A DNA stretch of 64,000 nucleotides from Isurus oxyrinchus. Lineage: Eukaryota. Below are positions 1 through 13,059 of this stretch, piece after piece (position 1 is the first letter of the stretch; the number at the start of each line of letters is the position of its first letter). A program made the position numbers and the translations under genes. Location of the stretch: NCBI GenBank assembly GCA_026770705.1, contig JANJGN010000004.1, forward strand, positions 44,702,001-44,766,000. Direction: 5' to 3'. The notes below the pieces were generated by a model. That model saw only the letters and a program-made list of their open reading frames with translations. It had not been told where the DNA came from and did not search any database.

Positions 1-9
1 CTACATTAC

Positions 10-1529
10 CCAGAATCATAGAATGATTACAGTACAGAAAGAGGCCATTTGGCTTATTGTGTCCGTACTGGCTCTCCTCAGGAGCAATTTACCTAGTGCC
101 ACTCCCTGGCCTTCTCCCCATAGCCCTGCACATTCTTTCCTTTCAAATAATGATCCAATTCCTTCTTAAATGCCTGGATTGAACATGCCTCCACCATGTT
201 CTCCAGGCGTGTATTCCAAGTCCAATCACTCACTGCATGAAAATGTTTCTTTTACATGTCTCCATTGCTTCTGTCAATTACCTCAAATCTGTGCCCCCTT
301 GTTCTCGAATATTCCACCAATGGGAACAGTTTTTCCCTATCAACTCTGTCCAGACCCCTCATGATTTTATATACCTCAATCAAATCTCCTCTCAACCTTT
401 CTTCTCTAAGGAAAACAGACCCAAGTTCTAACTGAATTTCCCCATCCATGGAACGATTTTCATGAATCTTTTCTGCTTTTCCCAAAGTGTGGTGCCCAGA
501 ACTGAACACAATGCTCCAGTTGAGGCCAAACCAGTGTTCTATACAATGTTAACATAACCTCCTTGCTTTTGTACACTATGCCCCTATTAATAAGCCTAGG
601 ATGCTGTATGCTTTATTAACCACACACTCAAACTGTCCTGCCACATTCTTTTACATATGCGCAAACACACCGAAGTCCCTCTGCTCCTGTACCCCCTTTA
701 AGATTGTATCCCTTATTTTATATTGTCTCTCTGCATTCTTTGTACCAAAATGAATCACTTCACACTCTTTGCATTAAATTTCAACTGCTACTTGCCCGCC
801 CATTCCACCAACCTGTCTATGCCCCTTTGAAGTTCTATGCTATCATTCTCACTGTTTGCAGTGCTTCTGGGTGTTGTATCATCTCCAAAACTTGAAATTG
901 TGACCTGCGTACCAAGGTTGTTAATATATATCAGAAAGAGCAAGGGTCCTAACACCGACTCCTGGGGAACTCAACTACAATCCATCCTCCAGTCCAAAAA
1001 ACATCCTTTAACCATTACTCTGTTTACTGTCACTCAGACAATTTTGTAACCATATTACTACTGCCCCTTGAGTTATAACTTTGATCACAAGTCTATTGTG
1101 TGGCACTTTATCAAATGCCTTCTGGAACACTATGTACATCACATCGACAACATTACCCTTCACGGTCTTTTCTTTTGCCCCATCAAAAGACTCCAGCAAG
1201 TTAGCTAAGCACAATTTGCACTTAAATCCATTCTGACTTTCTTAATTAACTTGTATTCACCCAAGTGACTACTGATTTTCCTGGGAATTCTTGTTTCTAT
1301 AAGCTTCCCATCATTGAACTTAAACTGATTGGCCTGAAATTGTTGGGCTTATATTGACGGCCATTTTTGAACAAGGGTGTAACATTTGCAAACCTCCAGT
1401 CCTCTGGCACCACTCCTGAATCTAAGGAAGACTGGAAAATTATGGCCAGTGCCTCCCCAATTTCCTTTCTCACTTCCCTCAGTACCCTTGGATACATCTC
1501 ATCCAGTTCTGCTGCCTTATCAACATTAA
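10..1529 (-). mobile_element. CR1 LINE, degenerate 3' part (RT plus 3' tail)
   Basis: Minus-strand fragments IIFQSSLDSGVVPEDWRFANVTPLFK, FQKAFDKVPH and RLRGDLIEVYKIMRGLDRV; frameshifted. Confidence 0.9.
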
Positions 1530-3006
1530 GGCCTGAATTTTTCATGGAGACAGAAGGGTTCCACACCAGCCAAAATGGCACCAGAGCCTGAATTACATAA
1601 GTCCCACCACTGAACCTGTCAGCCATCATTTTTGCCAGGGGTTGGGGGAATGGGGCAGGTTGTACTTTGCATATCCATCGTTCACAGAGGCAGCTGCATA
1701 TGTAAAAGTGTAGTTGCCTTCAAACACCTTCTCAGAGGCAATTAAGGATGGGCAATAAAAATTCTGGCCTAGCCAGCAACTGCCACACCCTGTTAAAGAA
1801 TTTTTTAAAAATCCAATTTTCATTGCTGGGATTTCCAAAACATGATTTGTGGGCTTTAGTTGTTTGAGGCAATGTTCTAAAGCTGTCAGAATTATTTGAA
1901 GAGGTAAGGCACCACTTTGGAGAGGTAATGTACCCCTTTGGGAGGGGTCAGGTACCCTTTGCAAGAGGTCAGATACCCCTTCTTGGATTGTTAAGGGTAG
2001 CTATGAATGTATGTAAATATGGATAAGCTCTGTGGAACTGTCAATCTGGCAAGTCATTTAAACTCCCAGTTGAAAAAAAAATGGGAGCTTGCTATTTTAC
2101 TGTTTGTTAATGTAAGGATTAGTGCTACTTGACTGCTTCCTCAACATTTCAGTTTGATTAACAGCTCCAAGTGGTTATAAAGAGATTAGTTGTCTTTGAT
2201 GTGGGGCTTTGAATACAAATGTATGTTTTCATACGGCATTAAGTATTTGAAAGAAATGTTTGTTTTTTTAAGGGATTAAGCACTTGAATGGATTTAATTG
2301 TTTCAATGAGAGTCTTTTTTAAATATAGCGAAGTCTGCAACAGAGATTTAGATCTTTATTCTTATCATCTTACTATGGCTCCTGAGGTCTGGTCATAGTA
2401 GATACTGGGTAAGTTGATATCGAGAATGTAAGGGCAAAGGATGGTGGATAGGGGCATGGGAAGGCATGAGTTGGCATTAAATGGGCATAGGGGCAATAAA
2501 GAGTTATGGGATGAGTGGGGTGGCATAGGTTGAAATGAGTTAGCACCAAGTTGGCATAAGGACCTTAAAGGGCCATAGGGATGCAGTGGGGTCATGAGTT
2601 GGTATGAGTTGGCACAATGTTGATATAGGGGCTATAAAGGGCCACGGGGGTGAGTAGAGGTCATGGGTTTGCATGGAGAATATGACAGGCCATGGGGATG
2701 GGTGAGGGCATGTTGGCATGGATGGGACATGGGGGATGTATAGGGTGAGGGAGCTAGGAGGCTGCCTTTTCTTTGTTTATTTTTATTGTAACTGAAACTA
2801 AGTCCCTAGCACAATGGTGGGCCTTTTAAACAGCCAACCACACCCTCTGTGGCTGCCTCTGAACTCTTTCCAGGGCCAAAACACCTGATTCCTGTTAGCA
2901 TCCAAACTCTGGGGACGAAAATCTGAAGATTCAGGGCACCTTCCCCTGAGCTAGGTTTGCGGAGTCATGAACTTCCCTGACTCTGTCGGGAGTGAAATTT
3001 TGACCC
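1530..3006. mobile_element. Harbinger-type non-autonomous TIR element
   Basis: Ends GGCCTGAATTTTT and GAAATTTTGACCC, flanked by TAA/TAA; interrupts CR1 sequence; internal degenerate G-rich repeats at ~2430-2760. Confidence 0.65.
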
Positions 3007-3014
3007 TAAGTGAA

Positions 3015-3190
3015 GACACCCTTGTCTACTCTCCCTCTAACATCTTTAAAAAATTCAACAAGGTTGGTCCAGCAAGATTTTCCCTTTTGAAATCCATGCT
3101 GACCCTTATTTATTATATTTTTGGTTTCTAGGTGTTCTTCTATTTTCTTTGTTAGTAGGAATTCCATGAATTTTCCGATCACTGATGTTG
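3015..3190 (-). mobile_element. CR1 RT fragment
   Basis: QHGFQKGKSCWTNLVEFF in ORF 3006..3206. Confidence 0.85.
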
Positions 3191-3560
3191 CCTTTACATA
3201 GCACATTTAATGTAATGAAATGCTGTGAGGTACTTCACAGAAGCATCATCAAACAAACTTTGACACCAAGCCACAGAAAGAGAAATTAGATCTGGTGACC
3301 AGAAGCTTGGTCAATGAAATAGTTGTAAAGGAAGGGAAAGAGGTAGAGGAAGAGAGGTTTAAGAAGGGACTCCCAGAGTCCCTTAAAAGCTAGACAGCTG
3401 AAGGCACACCTGTCAATGGTGAAGTTATGTAAATCAGAGATGTGCAGGAGGCAAGAAATGGAGAAGCACAGAGATTTCAGAGGGGCATAGAGCTTGAAGA
3501 GGTTCAAGAGGTGGGTAAATACAACAGCGTAGAGGGATTTTAACAGAAGGGTGGGAAAAT
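3190..3560 (-). mobile_element. Probable L2-like LINE 3' fragment
   Basis: Resembles an L2 3' end (IDRCAFSCLA..LWESLLKPL); similar pieces at ~50075-50280 and ~51570-52010. Confidence 0.45.
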
Positions 3561-3697
3561 GCCTGGGAAAAGGTTTCATTCAAGGCACCTATTCAAATTA
3601 AGGGAAAAGGACTCCGACTGAAAATTTGATACAGTACCTTGCTTCCTGCCCTAAGCTCCCAGAAAAGTGATGTCACAGCAGGAACCAGCTCAACCAT

Positions 3698-4389
3698 GGC
3701 CAGGACTTTACGTTGCACGTGCGGGTTCGAGTGCGCGCCAAATCCAGAATCGCGTGAAATTGCATGAGAAAACGTCAGCACCCATCTCAACATCATTGCG
3801 CTCGTACACAACATTATGGTTGGTGGACATGCGCGGGAGTCGGAAGTTCTCCCGCCGACAATTAAGCAGACTATTAAGCCCATTATGGAGCCAATGGTCA
3901 TCGATTTTAAGTGGCTGCCCGCTTTTATGGTTGGCGGATGGGCCAATTGGCAGGTGGCCTTCACGTTTTTGCTACAAACTCCATCTGAGGGGGGGATAAA
4001 ATGTCCAGGGTTAAATAAAATGAAAGAAGATGTTTGAGGGATGAGGTGTGACATGGTCTGCTGTCAGGTTGTTGAATTTGCAGTATTGACACAATTTGCA
4101 GCAGCTTATTGAACCTCATTTCATTTTAGCAGTACTGCAACTCCCTGAGGCAGCTCCACAGCAGCTGTCAGCCTTCGGGGAGCACCTGTGTGCACTCTCA
4201 CTTCTCTCGGAGCACACCCTCTTCCTGCGCCCCCAACCCCATTCTCAGCATGCTTTTCACACTGGCTGCCAGTTAATTGGCCAGCCAGCATGAAATTGCG
4301 GTTGGGGGCCGATCGTGGCCAGAAACGCATATCGCGTCCACTTCCGGGCCCACCGATTGCACGCACCTGATGAGCACAAGATTCAGGCC
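3698..4389. mobile_element. Harbinger-type MITE
   Basis: TIRs GGCCAGGACTTT and AAGATTCAGGCC, TSD CAT/CAT; inverted relative of 45412-46087. Confidence 0.85.
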
Positions 4390-4759
4390 CATATCTTTTC
4401 CAGGCCATGCAATATGAATTCAAAACTGATGAGTTTTATTTGTTAAAGTACAAAAATAATGAGCGGAATTTTCCCAGAATTGCACTAAGTGTGCCAGCTG
4501 CAATGGAGGATTTTTGTGCTGTATCGTACTCTTCCTACCTCATAAATTATACACAAATGGGAAATACGCCATCTCGCTGGCGGACAGCTTCTGATTTGCC
4601 TGCTACACCATTACCTCGCTGCTTCCTCACTCCAGGAGCCATATCTAAACTGCAGCCGCGCACACAATCTCAACGCTTGCAGCCCAGGACTGCTCCAGTG
4701 AAGACATAACCCTAAAAGCCAAGAAGAGTGCCACCCTTCGATTCAGTGATGCATCCCTG

Positions 4760-5220
4760 GAATGCCTTTTGGACACTGTGATGTCCTCTTGCCTACTCTA
4801 TCCACAGGAGGCCCATCAGTCTCACCACTCTGGCTTGGGACGTGGTAGAAGCGGTGGTCACTGCACATGAGAGGTTGGCCACCCAATGTAGAAAATGGAT
4901 GAATGATCTCATACATACCGCCAGGGTAAGTCAACCATCTCATCATACTCAACTCACCCACTCACAAGCCTATCGCACATTTGCTGGCATCTCAGGCACT
5001 GCCAGCTCAAGAGAGCTCACCCCTCTCTCACACACACCATCACATCTCCATCTGGCTTCATCTCTTTTGAAGATCACCTCCTCATCTTGTCCATGGCTCC
5101 ACTCAGCAGACAGGCATGCCTGGCATCCTTCTCATTTGGCCTGGCATGCGCCTTGCTCACACTTTCTCCAACTTCTTTATGCAGGACAAAATTGTGCACA
5201 ATCAATGGGAGTGGCCATTT
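4760..5220 (+). pseudogene. Harbinger Myb/SANT DNA-binding gene remnant (exon 1, intron, start of exon 2)
   Basis: WDVVEAVV..QCRKWMNDLIHTAR, then GTAAGT at 4926; acceptor TTTATGCAG then DKIVHN at 5185. Confidence 0.75.
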
Positions 5221-6224
5221 GTGCTGACATTGAACTTCATGCACCAGAAAAGACCCTCCTTCCACTTTGAGGGATCTCTCCGACTGTTTGGTCAAGGTCA
5301 GATTTGAAAATTGGTGCATGTTACCTTCCAGACTCTGTCCACTACCTTCTTTCTACCTTCCCCCTGTCACTCACCCATCATCACCCTTGACCCACTCAAT
5401 ATTACCATTCCTCTCCCCTCTGTAAACCTTGAACCTCATCCTGTTACCCTGGACCCTATTATGATCCACCTCCACATGCTTCCCTCCCCTCAGAGCTGAC
5501 ACCCATTACCGTCCCAATGGCCCCTCCCATTATCTCAGCCTCCTGTATTGTCCCACTCCATGCCCCTCATACCATGAGACCTTCAGCTACCAACTCTCAC
5601 CCTGGCAATGCCACCCTACTGCATCCCACCCGCCTCCTAACTGTAATAGTGAGGAAGAAGGATTCTAGGAAGGAGATAAACCAACCACGGTTAATCAAGG
5701 AAGTTAAGGATAGTTTAAAATTGAAAGAAAAAAAAACATACAATGTGGCAAAGATTAGTAGTAAGCCAGGGGACTGAGAAAGTTTTAAAAATCAACAAAA
5801 GATGACCAAAAAAATAAAGAGGCGGAAAAAGAACTTTGAGGATAAACTAGCAAGTAATATAAAAACATGTAGTAAGAGCCTCTTTAAATATATAAAAATG
5901 AAGAGAGAGGCCAAAGTGAACATAGGCCCCTTAGAGAATGAGGCTGGGGAAATAATAATGGGGAACCAGAAAATGGCAGAGGAGTTGATAAATACTTTGC
6001 ATCAGTCTTCACAGTAGAAGACACTAATAGCATTTCAAAAATACTGAATAATCAAGGGACAAAAGGTGAGAGGGAAAATAAATACAATAACTATCACTAA
6101 AGAAAAAGTGCTAGGGAAACAAATGGGGCTAAAGGCTGATAAGTCCCCTGGGCCTGATGGGTTGCATTCTAGGATATTAAAGGAGATAGTGGCTGCACTG
6201 GTAGTAGTCTTCCAAGAATCCTTA

Positions 6225-6913
6225 GGGCAGGATTTTCCCATCGGCGAGTGGGCCCCGTCCCCTGCTCACTGATGCGTAATAGGACGCGCGATGACATTGG
6301 GCGGAACTCCCGATGTCACCGCACCCCATTTAAATTTTCAGGTAGGTGGGGGCACAGCAAAATTAGCTGTGCGCCTGCTGACCTGTCAATGGCCAATTGA
6401 GGCCATTGGCAGAGTCATTAAACTAATTAATGGACCTGCCCGCCCAACCTTAAGGTTGGTGGGCAGGCCAGGATTCCAGGCGGGAATTAGAAAAAGCATG
6501 AAACCTCATCCAGGGTTTCATGTAGGTTTTAACAAATTTAATTAAAGTTTTAAAAAAATTATGGACATGTCCCAACTCATGTGACAGTGTTACATGAGAG
6601 GACATGGCAGGGAATTTTATTTCTCTATTTTTAATATTTTTGACAGTTGAGGTGATTTCCCTGAGGCAGCACTGAGGGAAATGAATGCACTCTTTCATGC
6701 GCATGTGCGAAAGAGTGCAAACTCGGGTTTAGGGATTCCTCCCTCCCGCACAGGGAGTGCATAGCGCTTCCGTGTGGATGTCATGCTGGGCGGGCCTTAA
6801 TTAGCCCGCCCACGTAAAATGGCAGCGCCCCTCCCAATTCAGGGCGCTGATCGGAGGCGTGCCTCCGAGTGCCCACACTTCAACTTCGCTCCTAACAAGG
6901 GAAAATCCTGCCC
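6225..6913. mobile_element. Harbinger-type MITE inserted in CR1
   Basis: TIR GGGCAGGATTTTCC / GGAAAATCCTGCCC, flanks TTA/TTT; CR1 frame FQESL|DSGQVPEDWK rejoins across it. Confidence 0.9.
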
Positions 6914-7335
6914 TTTGATTCTGGACAAGTCCCAGAGGATTGGAAAACTATCAGTTTAACACCCGTATTCAAAAAGGGAGGAAGACAAAAAAAATCAGTT
7001 AAGTATAGGCCAGTTCGCTCAACATCCGTCATTGGGAAGATGTTAGTGCCTATTGTAAAGGATGTAATAACAGAGCATTGAGAAATGCATAATATAATTA
7101 ACCAGAGTCAGCATGACTTTATGAAGGGGAAATCATGCCTGAAAAGTTTATTTGAATTCTATGAGGAGGTAACAAGCAGGATAGATAAAGGAGAACCAGT
7201 AGATGTAATATATTTGGATTTCCAAAAGGCGTTCGATAAGGTACTGCACATAAGGCTACTTAATAAGAAAAGAGCCCATGGTGTTGGGTAGAATATTAAC
7301 AACGATAGAGGGTTGGCTAACTAATGGAAGGCAGA

Positions 7336-7491
7336 ACGAAAATAAAAAAACTCAGTTATGTTGAAGAGTCATTAGGACTCGAAACGTTAACTGTGTTCCT
7401 CTCCGCAGATGCTACCAGATCTGCTGAGTTTTTCCAGGTATTTTTATTTTTGTTTTGGATTTCCAGCATCCACAGTTTTTTGCTTTTATCT
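7336..7491 (+). mobile_element. Penelope-like 3' terminal unit with hammerhead-like motif
   Basis: 14-bp TSD TAATGGAAGGCAGA (7322-7335, 7492-7505); homologous to the 3' end of 61819-62445. Confidence 0.85.
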
Positions 7492-9424
7492 TAATGGAAG
7501 GCAGAGTTGGGATAAGGGGGCATTTTCAGGATGGCAACCTGTAACTAATGGAGTGCCACAGGAATCAGTGTTGGGGCCACAATTATTTACAATATATATT
7601 AATTACTTAGATGAGGGGAGCGAATGTACTATCGCCAAGTTTATGGATGACGCAAAAATAGTTGGGAAGGCAAGTGGCGAGGATGACACAAAGAATCTAC
7701 AGAGGGATATAGACAGGTTAAGTGAGTGGGCAAAAGCTTGGCAGATGGAATATAATGTGGGAAAATTTGAGGTTATGCACTTTGGCAGGAAGAATAGAGG
7801 AGCTGAATATTATTTAAATGGAGAAAAACTGCAGAAAGCTGCAGCACAGAGGGATTTGGAGAAACTCATTCATGAGTCACAAAAAACTGGCATACAAGTT
7901 CAGCAGGTAATAGGGAAGACAAATGGAAAGTTGGCCTTTATTTCAAAAGGAATGGAGTATAAAAATAGGGAAGTCTTGCTAAAACTATACAAGGTACTAG
8001 TTAGACCACACCTAGAATACTGTGAACAGTTTTGGTCCCCTTATCTAAGGAAAAATATACTGACATTGGAGCAGTCAAGAGAAGATTCATTAGGTTGATT
8101 CCAGATATGGAGGGATTTTCTTATGAGGAGAGGTTCTGTAGGTTGGGCCTGTACTCATTGAAGTTTAGAAGAATGAGAGGCGACCTTATTGAAACATATA
8201 AAATCCTTAGGGGGCTTGACAGGGTAGATGCGGAGAGGTTGTTTCCCCTTGTTGGAAAGTCTAGGACCAGAGGTCATAATCTCAGAGTAAGGGGTCGCCC
8301 ATTTAAAACAGAAATAAGGAGGAATTTCTTCTCTCAGAGGGCAGTTAATCTGTGGAATTCTTTACTGCAGGGGGCTGTAGGGGCTGGGTCATTAAGTATA
8401 TTCAAGGCTGAGGTAGACAGATCTTTAATCAGTAAGGGAATCAAGGGTTATCGGGGAAAGGCAGGAAAATGGAATTGAGGATTGTCAGATCAGCCATGAT
8501 CTCACTGAATGGCAGAACAGACTTGATGGGCCAAATGGCCTACTTCTGCTCCTAGGTCTTATGGACTGTTCCCTCCTATCACCAGTACCCTGAACTCATC
8601 CCCCAGGACCCCTCAGTCGACACCACCCACACAAACTTCTAAGACATTCTCTCTCCTCCCCTTCCTTAGACACTCTCCCCTCACTTTCTCGGACACTCTC
8701 CCCTGTTCTTCTCTGCTTTGCCTGCCTCCTGTATCCAGCTTTTGCTACCAGCAGTCGATATGACTGAAGTTATGCAAGGTTCACAAGAAGGTGAAATCAG
8801 CATCTACTGACCCCAAAGGCGTCAAAGAGGCAACATATGCCACTCATGCACAGAAAGCTGAATGTTTTAAATTCCCACTGAACGGTAACTTAATTTGGAG
8901 GGCAACCTTAATTCTAGTGAGGTGGCCTTTTAATGATGTGCATAAGATGCTAATGCATGCAAATGGGGTTCCCAACACCATTCCTTGGGAAGCTTTACCG
9001 CCTTTAATGCACCTTGAAAGTCAGAAGAACAAAATTCCAACAGTTTATCCTGCCGTTGGAAAGATTTCTTGCATCCCACCAAATTAAGTGTCCCTGCCCA
9101 CGATGATTCCTGCTGCTGGTGGGAGTAGAAGATTCCACCCAATATTGCAGTTCATTTCTTCAATATCTAATAGATTTAAACCCAGGTCATTCAATTTCTA
9201 AAGGCACTATTGTAAGAAAATAGTATTTTTGCTAAAACCTTAACTTTGTGAATAAAAGTATCAATTTTATTTCAACATTTATTTTTAGTTCAGAATTTAT
9301 CACAAGCAGCAGGTATATTTTGTTTCAAGCTAGTTGTGGACTTCATTTTATTGCAGATCATCCCTCTTCTCTCTTGATTCTCTTCTCATGCCTGGACACG
9401 CACGAAGCAGAAAAAACACATGCT

Positions 9425-9704
9425 TACATCTGTTTCCATAGTTAGTTTTTTCCTGGAGTAGGTCACTAGCCTCTCACCAGAGGCTATAACTTGAGGGGTG
9501 CCACTCCACATCGGGCATGGCTGACCAGGAAACTCTCTTACCGCCTGCCCTCAGGCATTTTGGAAGGATTGGCAAGTTGATAATTAATCTTTTTGGTCAA
9601 GTTATAAATGCACCTTCCATGGTCATCAAGTCCTGGAGTGGGACTCGAGCCCGTAGCTTCTGCCTTAGAGGCAGGAACGCTACTCACTGCACCATAAAAC
9701 TTCC
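9425..9704 (-). mobile_element. tRNA-derived SINE
   Basis: Minus-strand head with A-box-like TGGTGCAGTGAG and B-box-like GGCTCGAGTCC, followed by ~200 nt of body. Confidence 0.6.
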
Positions 9705-10149
9705 ATATTTGACATATTAATCTGCTGTAAAACAGTAACAATTTATAAAATTAGAAGTATTACACAGTCAAAATTATTGACTGGCTTTTTTCTTCATAGT
9801 TTAATGTTTTGTTACTTTTTCTGGAGAAAGCTCTGTTTTACGGTCTGATTGTTGGTCACTGTCACCACACATGCAGCAAGTGTGACATACCAAACTACTT
9901 ACTAATAGCACATAGGCTTATTTAACTGTTCATTTTAGCAAGCTGATCTAAAAATACTTCATTAAGTGATGGAGGGAACAAAAAAAGTTTGGCAGGCAAA
10001 GCAAAGTATGATTCAGAAAGGCAAATGTTGACCTCTTGCCAGATGACATTTAACATAATAATGCAGCAAAAGATTTTGGAACATAGCTCCCTCCTCTATC
10101 CAAACACTGGAGAAAAACATTTAGAGAGGAGATTGCAGATAACAGTAAT

Positions 10150-10640
10150 GTCATAAGAATATATAAACATGAGTAGGCCATTTTGACCTTGAGCCAATTC
10201 TGCCATTGACTTAGATCATGGCTGATCAGTTCTCCAACACCATTTACCCGTCTGATCCATAACCCTTGATACTCTTTGTCAACAAACTTCTAACAATCTC
10301 AGTCTTAAAAGCTTCAATTGATCCATAATCTATAGGCTTTCGAGGAGAAAGTTCCAGGTTTTTACTGCCTTCTGTGTGAAGAAGTGCTTCCTGATTTCAG
10401 TTGTGTATTACCTAAATCTAATTTTACGATTAAACACCCTGTCCTGCACTCTTTCACAAGAGAAAATAATTTCTCTTTATCTGTCTTTTGATTAGATCAC
10501 CTTCAATCTTCTATACTCAAAGGAATACATATTAAGTTTGAGGAACCTGTCCTTATATTTTAAACCTCTTTGCCCAGTATCACTTCAGTGAAACTATTGC
10601 ACTGCCTCCAAGGCCAGTATGTTTCTCCTGAGGTGTGTGT
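10150..10640 (-). mobile_element. Old CR1 3' end
   Basis: Reverse complement of the CR1 tail (GATCAGCCATGATC motif) and of the RT C-terminal region. Confidence 0.7.
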
Positions 10641-10739
10641 GTCACCTTCAGGTCAGATGAACTTGAATGTTTTGCCATGTGTAATTCAATGTAAATCAAG
10701 GGAAATGGGGTTAAAAAAAGCTAGCAGGCAAAAGGCCAT

Positions 10740-11225
10740 GAATGGTGACAGAAATGGATATAGGTAGGGAATTAGTTAAGAGGCAGAGAGTGTTGATAAT
10801 GGGTATAAAGTGAAATTGGTGGGATGTGACCAAGGTTTCCCCAGGGATCTGTACTGAGGCCTGAGCTTTTCACTATATTTAGAAATAACTTGGATAAGGA
10901 AACAGAGAGCCAAGTATCTAAGTTTGCCAATATCACTAGGTTAGGTGGCACTGTAAATGGTGCAGATGGGCACAGAAAGCTGCTAGGGACGTTAATATAT
11001 TAAGTGAATGGACCAAACCATGGTAGATGGAGGTCACAGAGGGGAAGTGTGAGGTCATCTACTTCAGACATAAAGTTCGATTGGAGATTTTCTGAATGTT
11101 GAGCAGCCTTGGAACTGTGAGGAGCAGATCAATTTAGGAATTCACAAAAAGCTAGTGGATAGATAAAAACACAATTCAAAAGGATAGCAAAAAGATTGGT
11201 CTTTATCTCAATCTTGTTGGAATTT
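10740..11225 (+). mobile_element. Old CR1 RT fragment
   Basis: Degenerate PQGSVL, SKFA and GKCEVIYF motifs. Confidence 0.7.
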
Positions 11226-11309
11226 TAATTACATTACCTTCATAACAATGATCTTCCCAGAACTAAACAACATGCCTAAAATATTAACATGAATTGTGAA
11301 CTAGATATT

Positions 11310-12096
11310 TGTCACAGTAGACTCTGAGTCTCCAAATGTCCCCAAAAAGTGCTATAGAAACTGGGTTATAAACAGTTGTGCTGTAAACTGACCATTAATG
11401 TCTAAGATGAAAGGGAGTTGTGATCAAGGATAGCCGATTAGCTATTCTACCTGGGTGTAAGGTTAATGTGTTTCAGATGCCATAAAAAAAGGGCAGAGGA
11501 AGCCATTTTTGAGATCAGTTTATAGGCTTTCCTACAAATCAATGAAAATCTAGATGGCAGTGCTATGTGGTCAGAAGGGAGAAGAAGGCTGCTTGCTTTT
11601 GTGAGCTACCACAGCCAGATGCGGAAGGGGGATAGATTCTAGTCAAAGAGATGCATCCTGCAGCCATATAAGGACTTCAGAAGATTTGTCCTGGCGTGAC
11701 CAATGGGTGGAAGAATCATTGTAACAGGCTTTACTGCTGGTGGAGGGTTTAAGCAACTTCAGAAAACTTGGAAATGGCCACTTGAAGTTACTACTCAGTG
11801 AAATGGGGATATGGGAACCTATTGGAGACTGGGAGCAACTGTGGACTGTTTGCTATGCGGACTGTAATTCTGTGGGGAGTGTGATTTGTGATGAGCATAA
11901 AAGATGAACATCACTTTCTGTAGTTTAAAGTTTAAGTGTCTACAAAAAGAAATTAGTGTTTAGGCATAGTGGTCTTTAGTCATTTGTTACAGTAAAAATT
12001 TTAAAACATGAAATATTGGCATGTCATTCTTTCAGCTGTTAACTGGAAGTTTAGATTTCTTTTTACAAGTTATTGGTCTCGACAGAGATCGTAACA
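11310..12096. repeat. Possible solo LTR
   Basis: TGTCAC...GTAACA termini and LTR-like composition; no convincing TSD, left boundary uncertain. Confidence 0.3.
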
Positions 12097-13059
12097 AAAT
12101 CAGGGCTTTTTAACCAACCTCTATTATCAGTACCACAATTTCCCTTTTAATGGCAAGCTGCACACCTTCAAGAGTTATTGTCTTGCCAGATTTTGTAGTC
12201 TATAGTCAAACGAGCTACTGGGCAAGTTTCCAGTTACCTATTCTAATTAGGACAAAGTAATCCTGTTCGAACATTCAGCTAATCTACTGGTGGAATAGAA
12301 CAATTCCGTCCACCCCAAGTTTCCCATTATCAAAAAACTGGGGCTTATATCTCCCATCCCTCCCTTCAGTTATAGAGCTATATCAACTTGTATTGTATCA
12401 AACATCTTAAAAGTTATCACAAAATGTAACAAGAATCATGAAAATCTTTGCCAGTTGTTTCTGCATAAATGAGCATCGGTAAGTTGGATTTCAATTTCCT
12501 TAGCAGGGCAGCAGAAGTGAAAGCATGCAGCTTGCATGTTTCCACCCATCACAGTCTTCCTATTGCGATTAAGCACCGGCTGACTGGTAGGACTCCTGCC
12601 ATTAGTGCCTGGCCAACTGGAATTGTGGCAAATTGGTGGCTTAAGGTGGGACATCCTGGGGTCAGGCCATGAACTGAAAGGCAGATCCTGCACTAAATTT
12701 GAAGTGCTGTTGACAGTGTGGCAAACATCCTTGAGGCAACATCTGACATTTGGCTGCACTTCATCTCTGTGGCAAGGCAGCACTACTTGGAGAGACGTAT
12801 GGAGGAGGGTAAAGCTGTACATCTGAACAGCTGACATCTACGTAACTCCTATGGCAGCTGCAATCCCTGCGACCAATAGATAAGAAAGGAAGAAATAATA
12901 ACTGCTCCCCCAGGACACTCCCCAACCCCTCCCTCCACTACTGCATCACAGTGACCCAGTCCCTTAGCAGCTGCCTGGAACAATGGGAGATGTGAGAAGA
13001 TGGATGACCCCACAGTTTGTTGATGACTCCTTGCATGCCCTCCTCCAAGCTACGGCTAA

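Larger units (their letters stand above)
5645..8564 (+). mobile_element. CR1 LINE, 5'-truncated ORF2 plus 3' tail
   Basis: KSPGPDGLH, YLDFQKAFDKV, GVPQESVLGP, KFMDDAK, VRPHLEYC, RRMRGDLIE; typical CR1 tail; possible ACTGT TSD. Confidence 0.95.
4461..9140 (+). mobile_element. Non-autonomous Harbinger carrying Myb/SANT exons, interrupted by CR1
   Basis: Ends GAGCGGAATTTTC and GAAGATTCCACCC, TSD AAT/AAT; left end homologous to 42123-43274. Confidence 0.75.

Noticed and set aside
7409-8098. 229-aa ORF as an intact gene
   Set aside because: It is a chimera of the Penelope 3' end (MLPDLLSFSR) read into a frameshifted CR1 RT.
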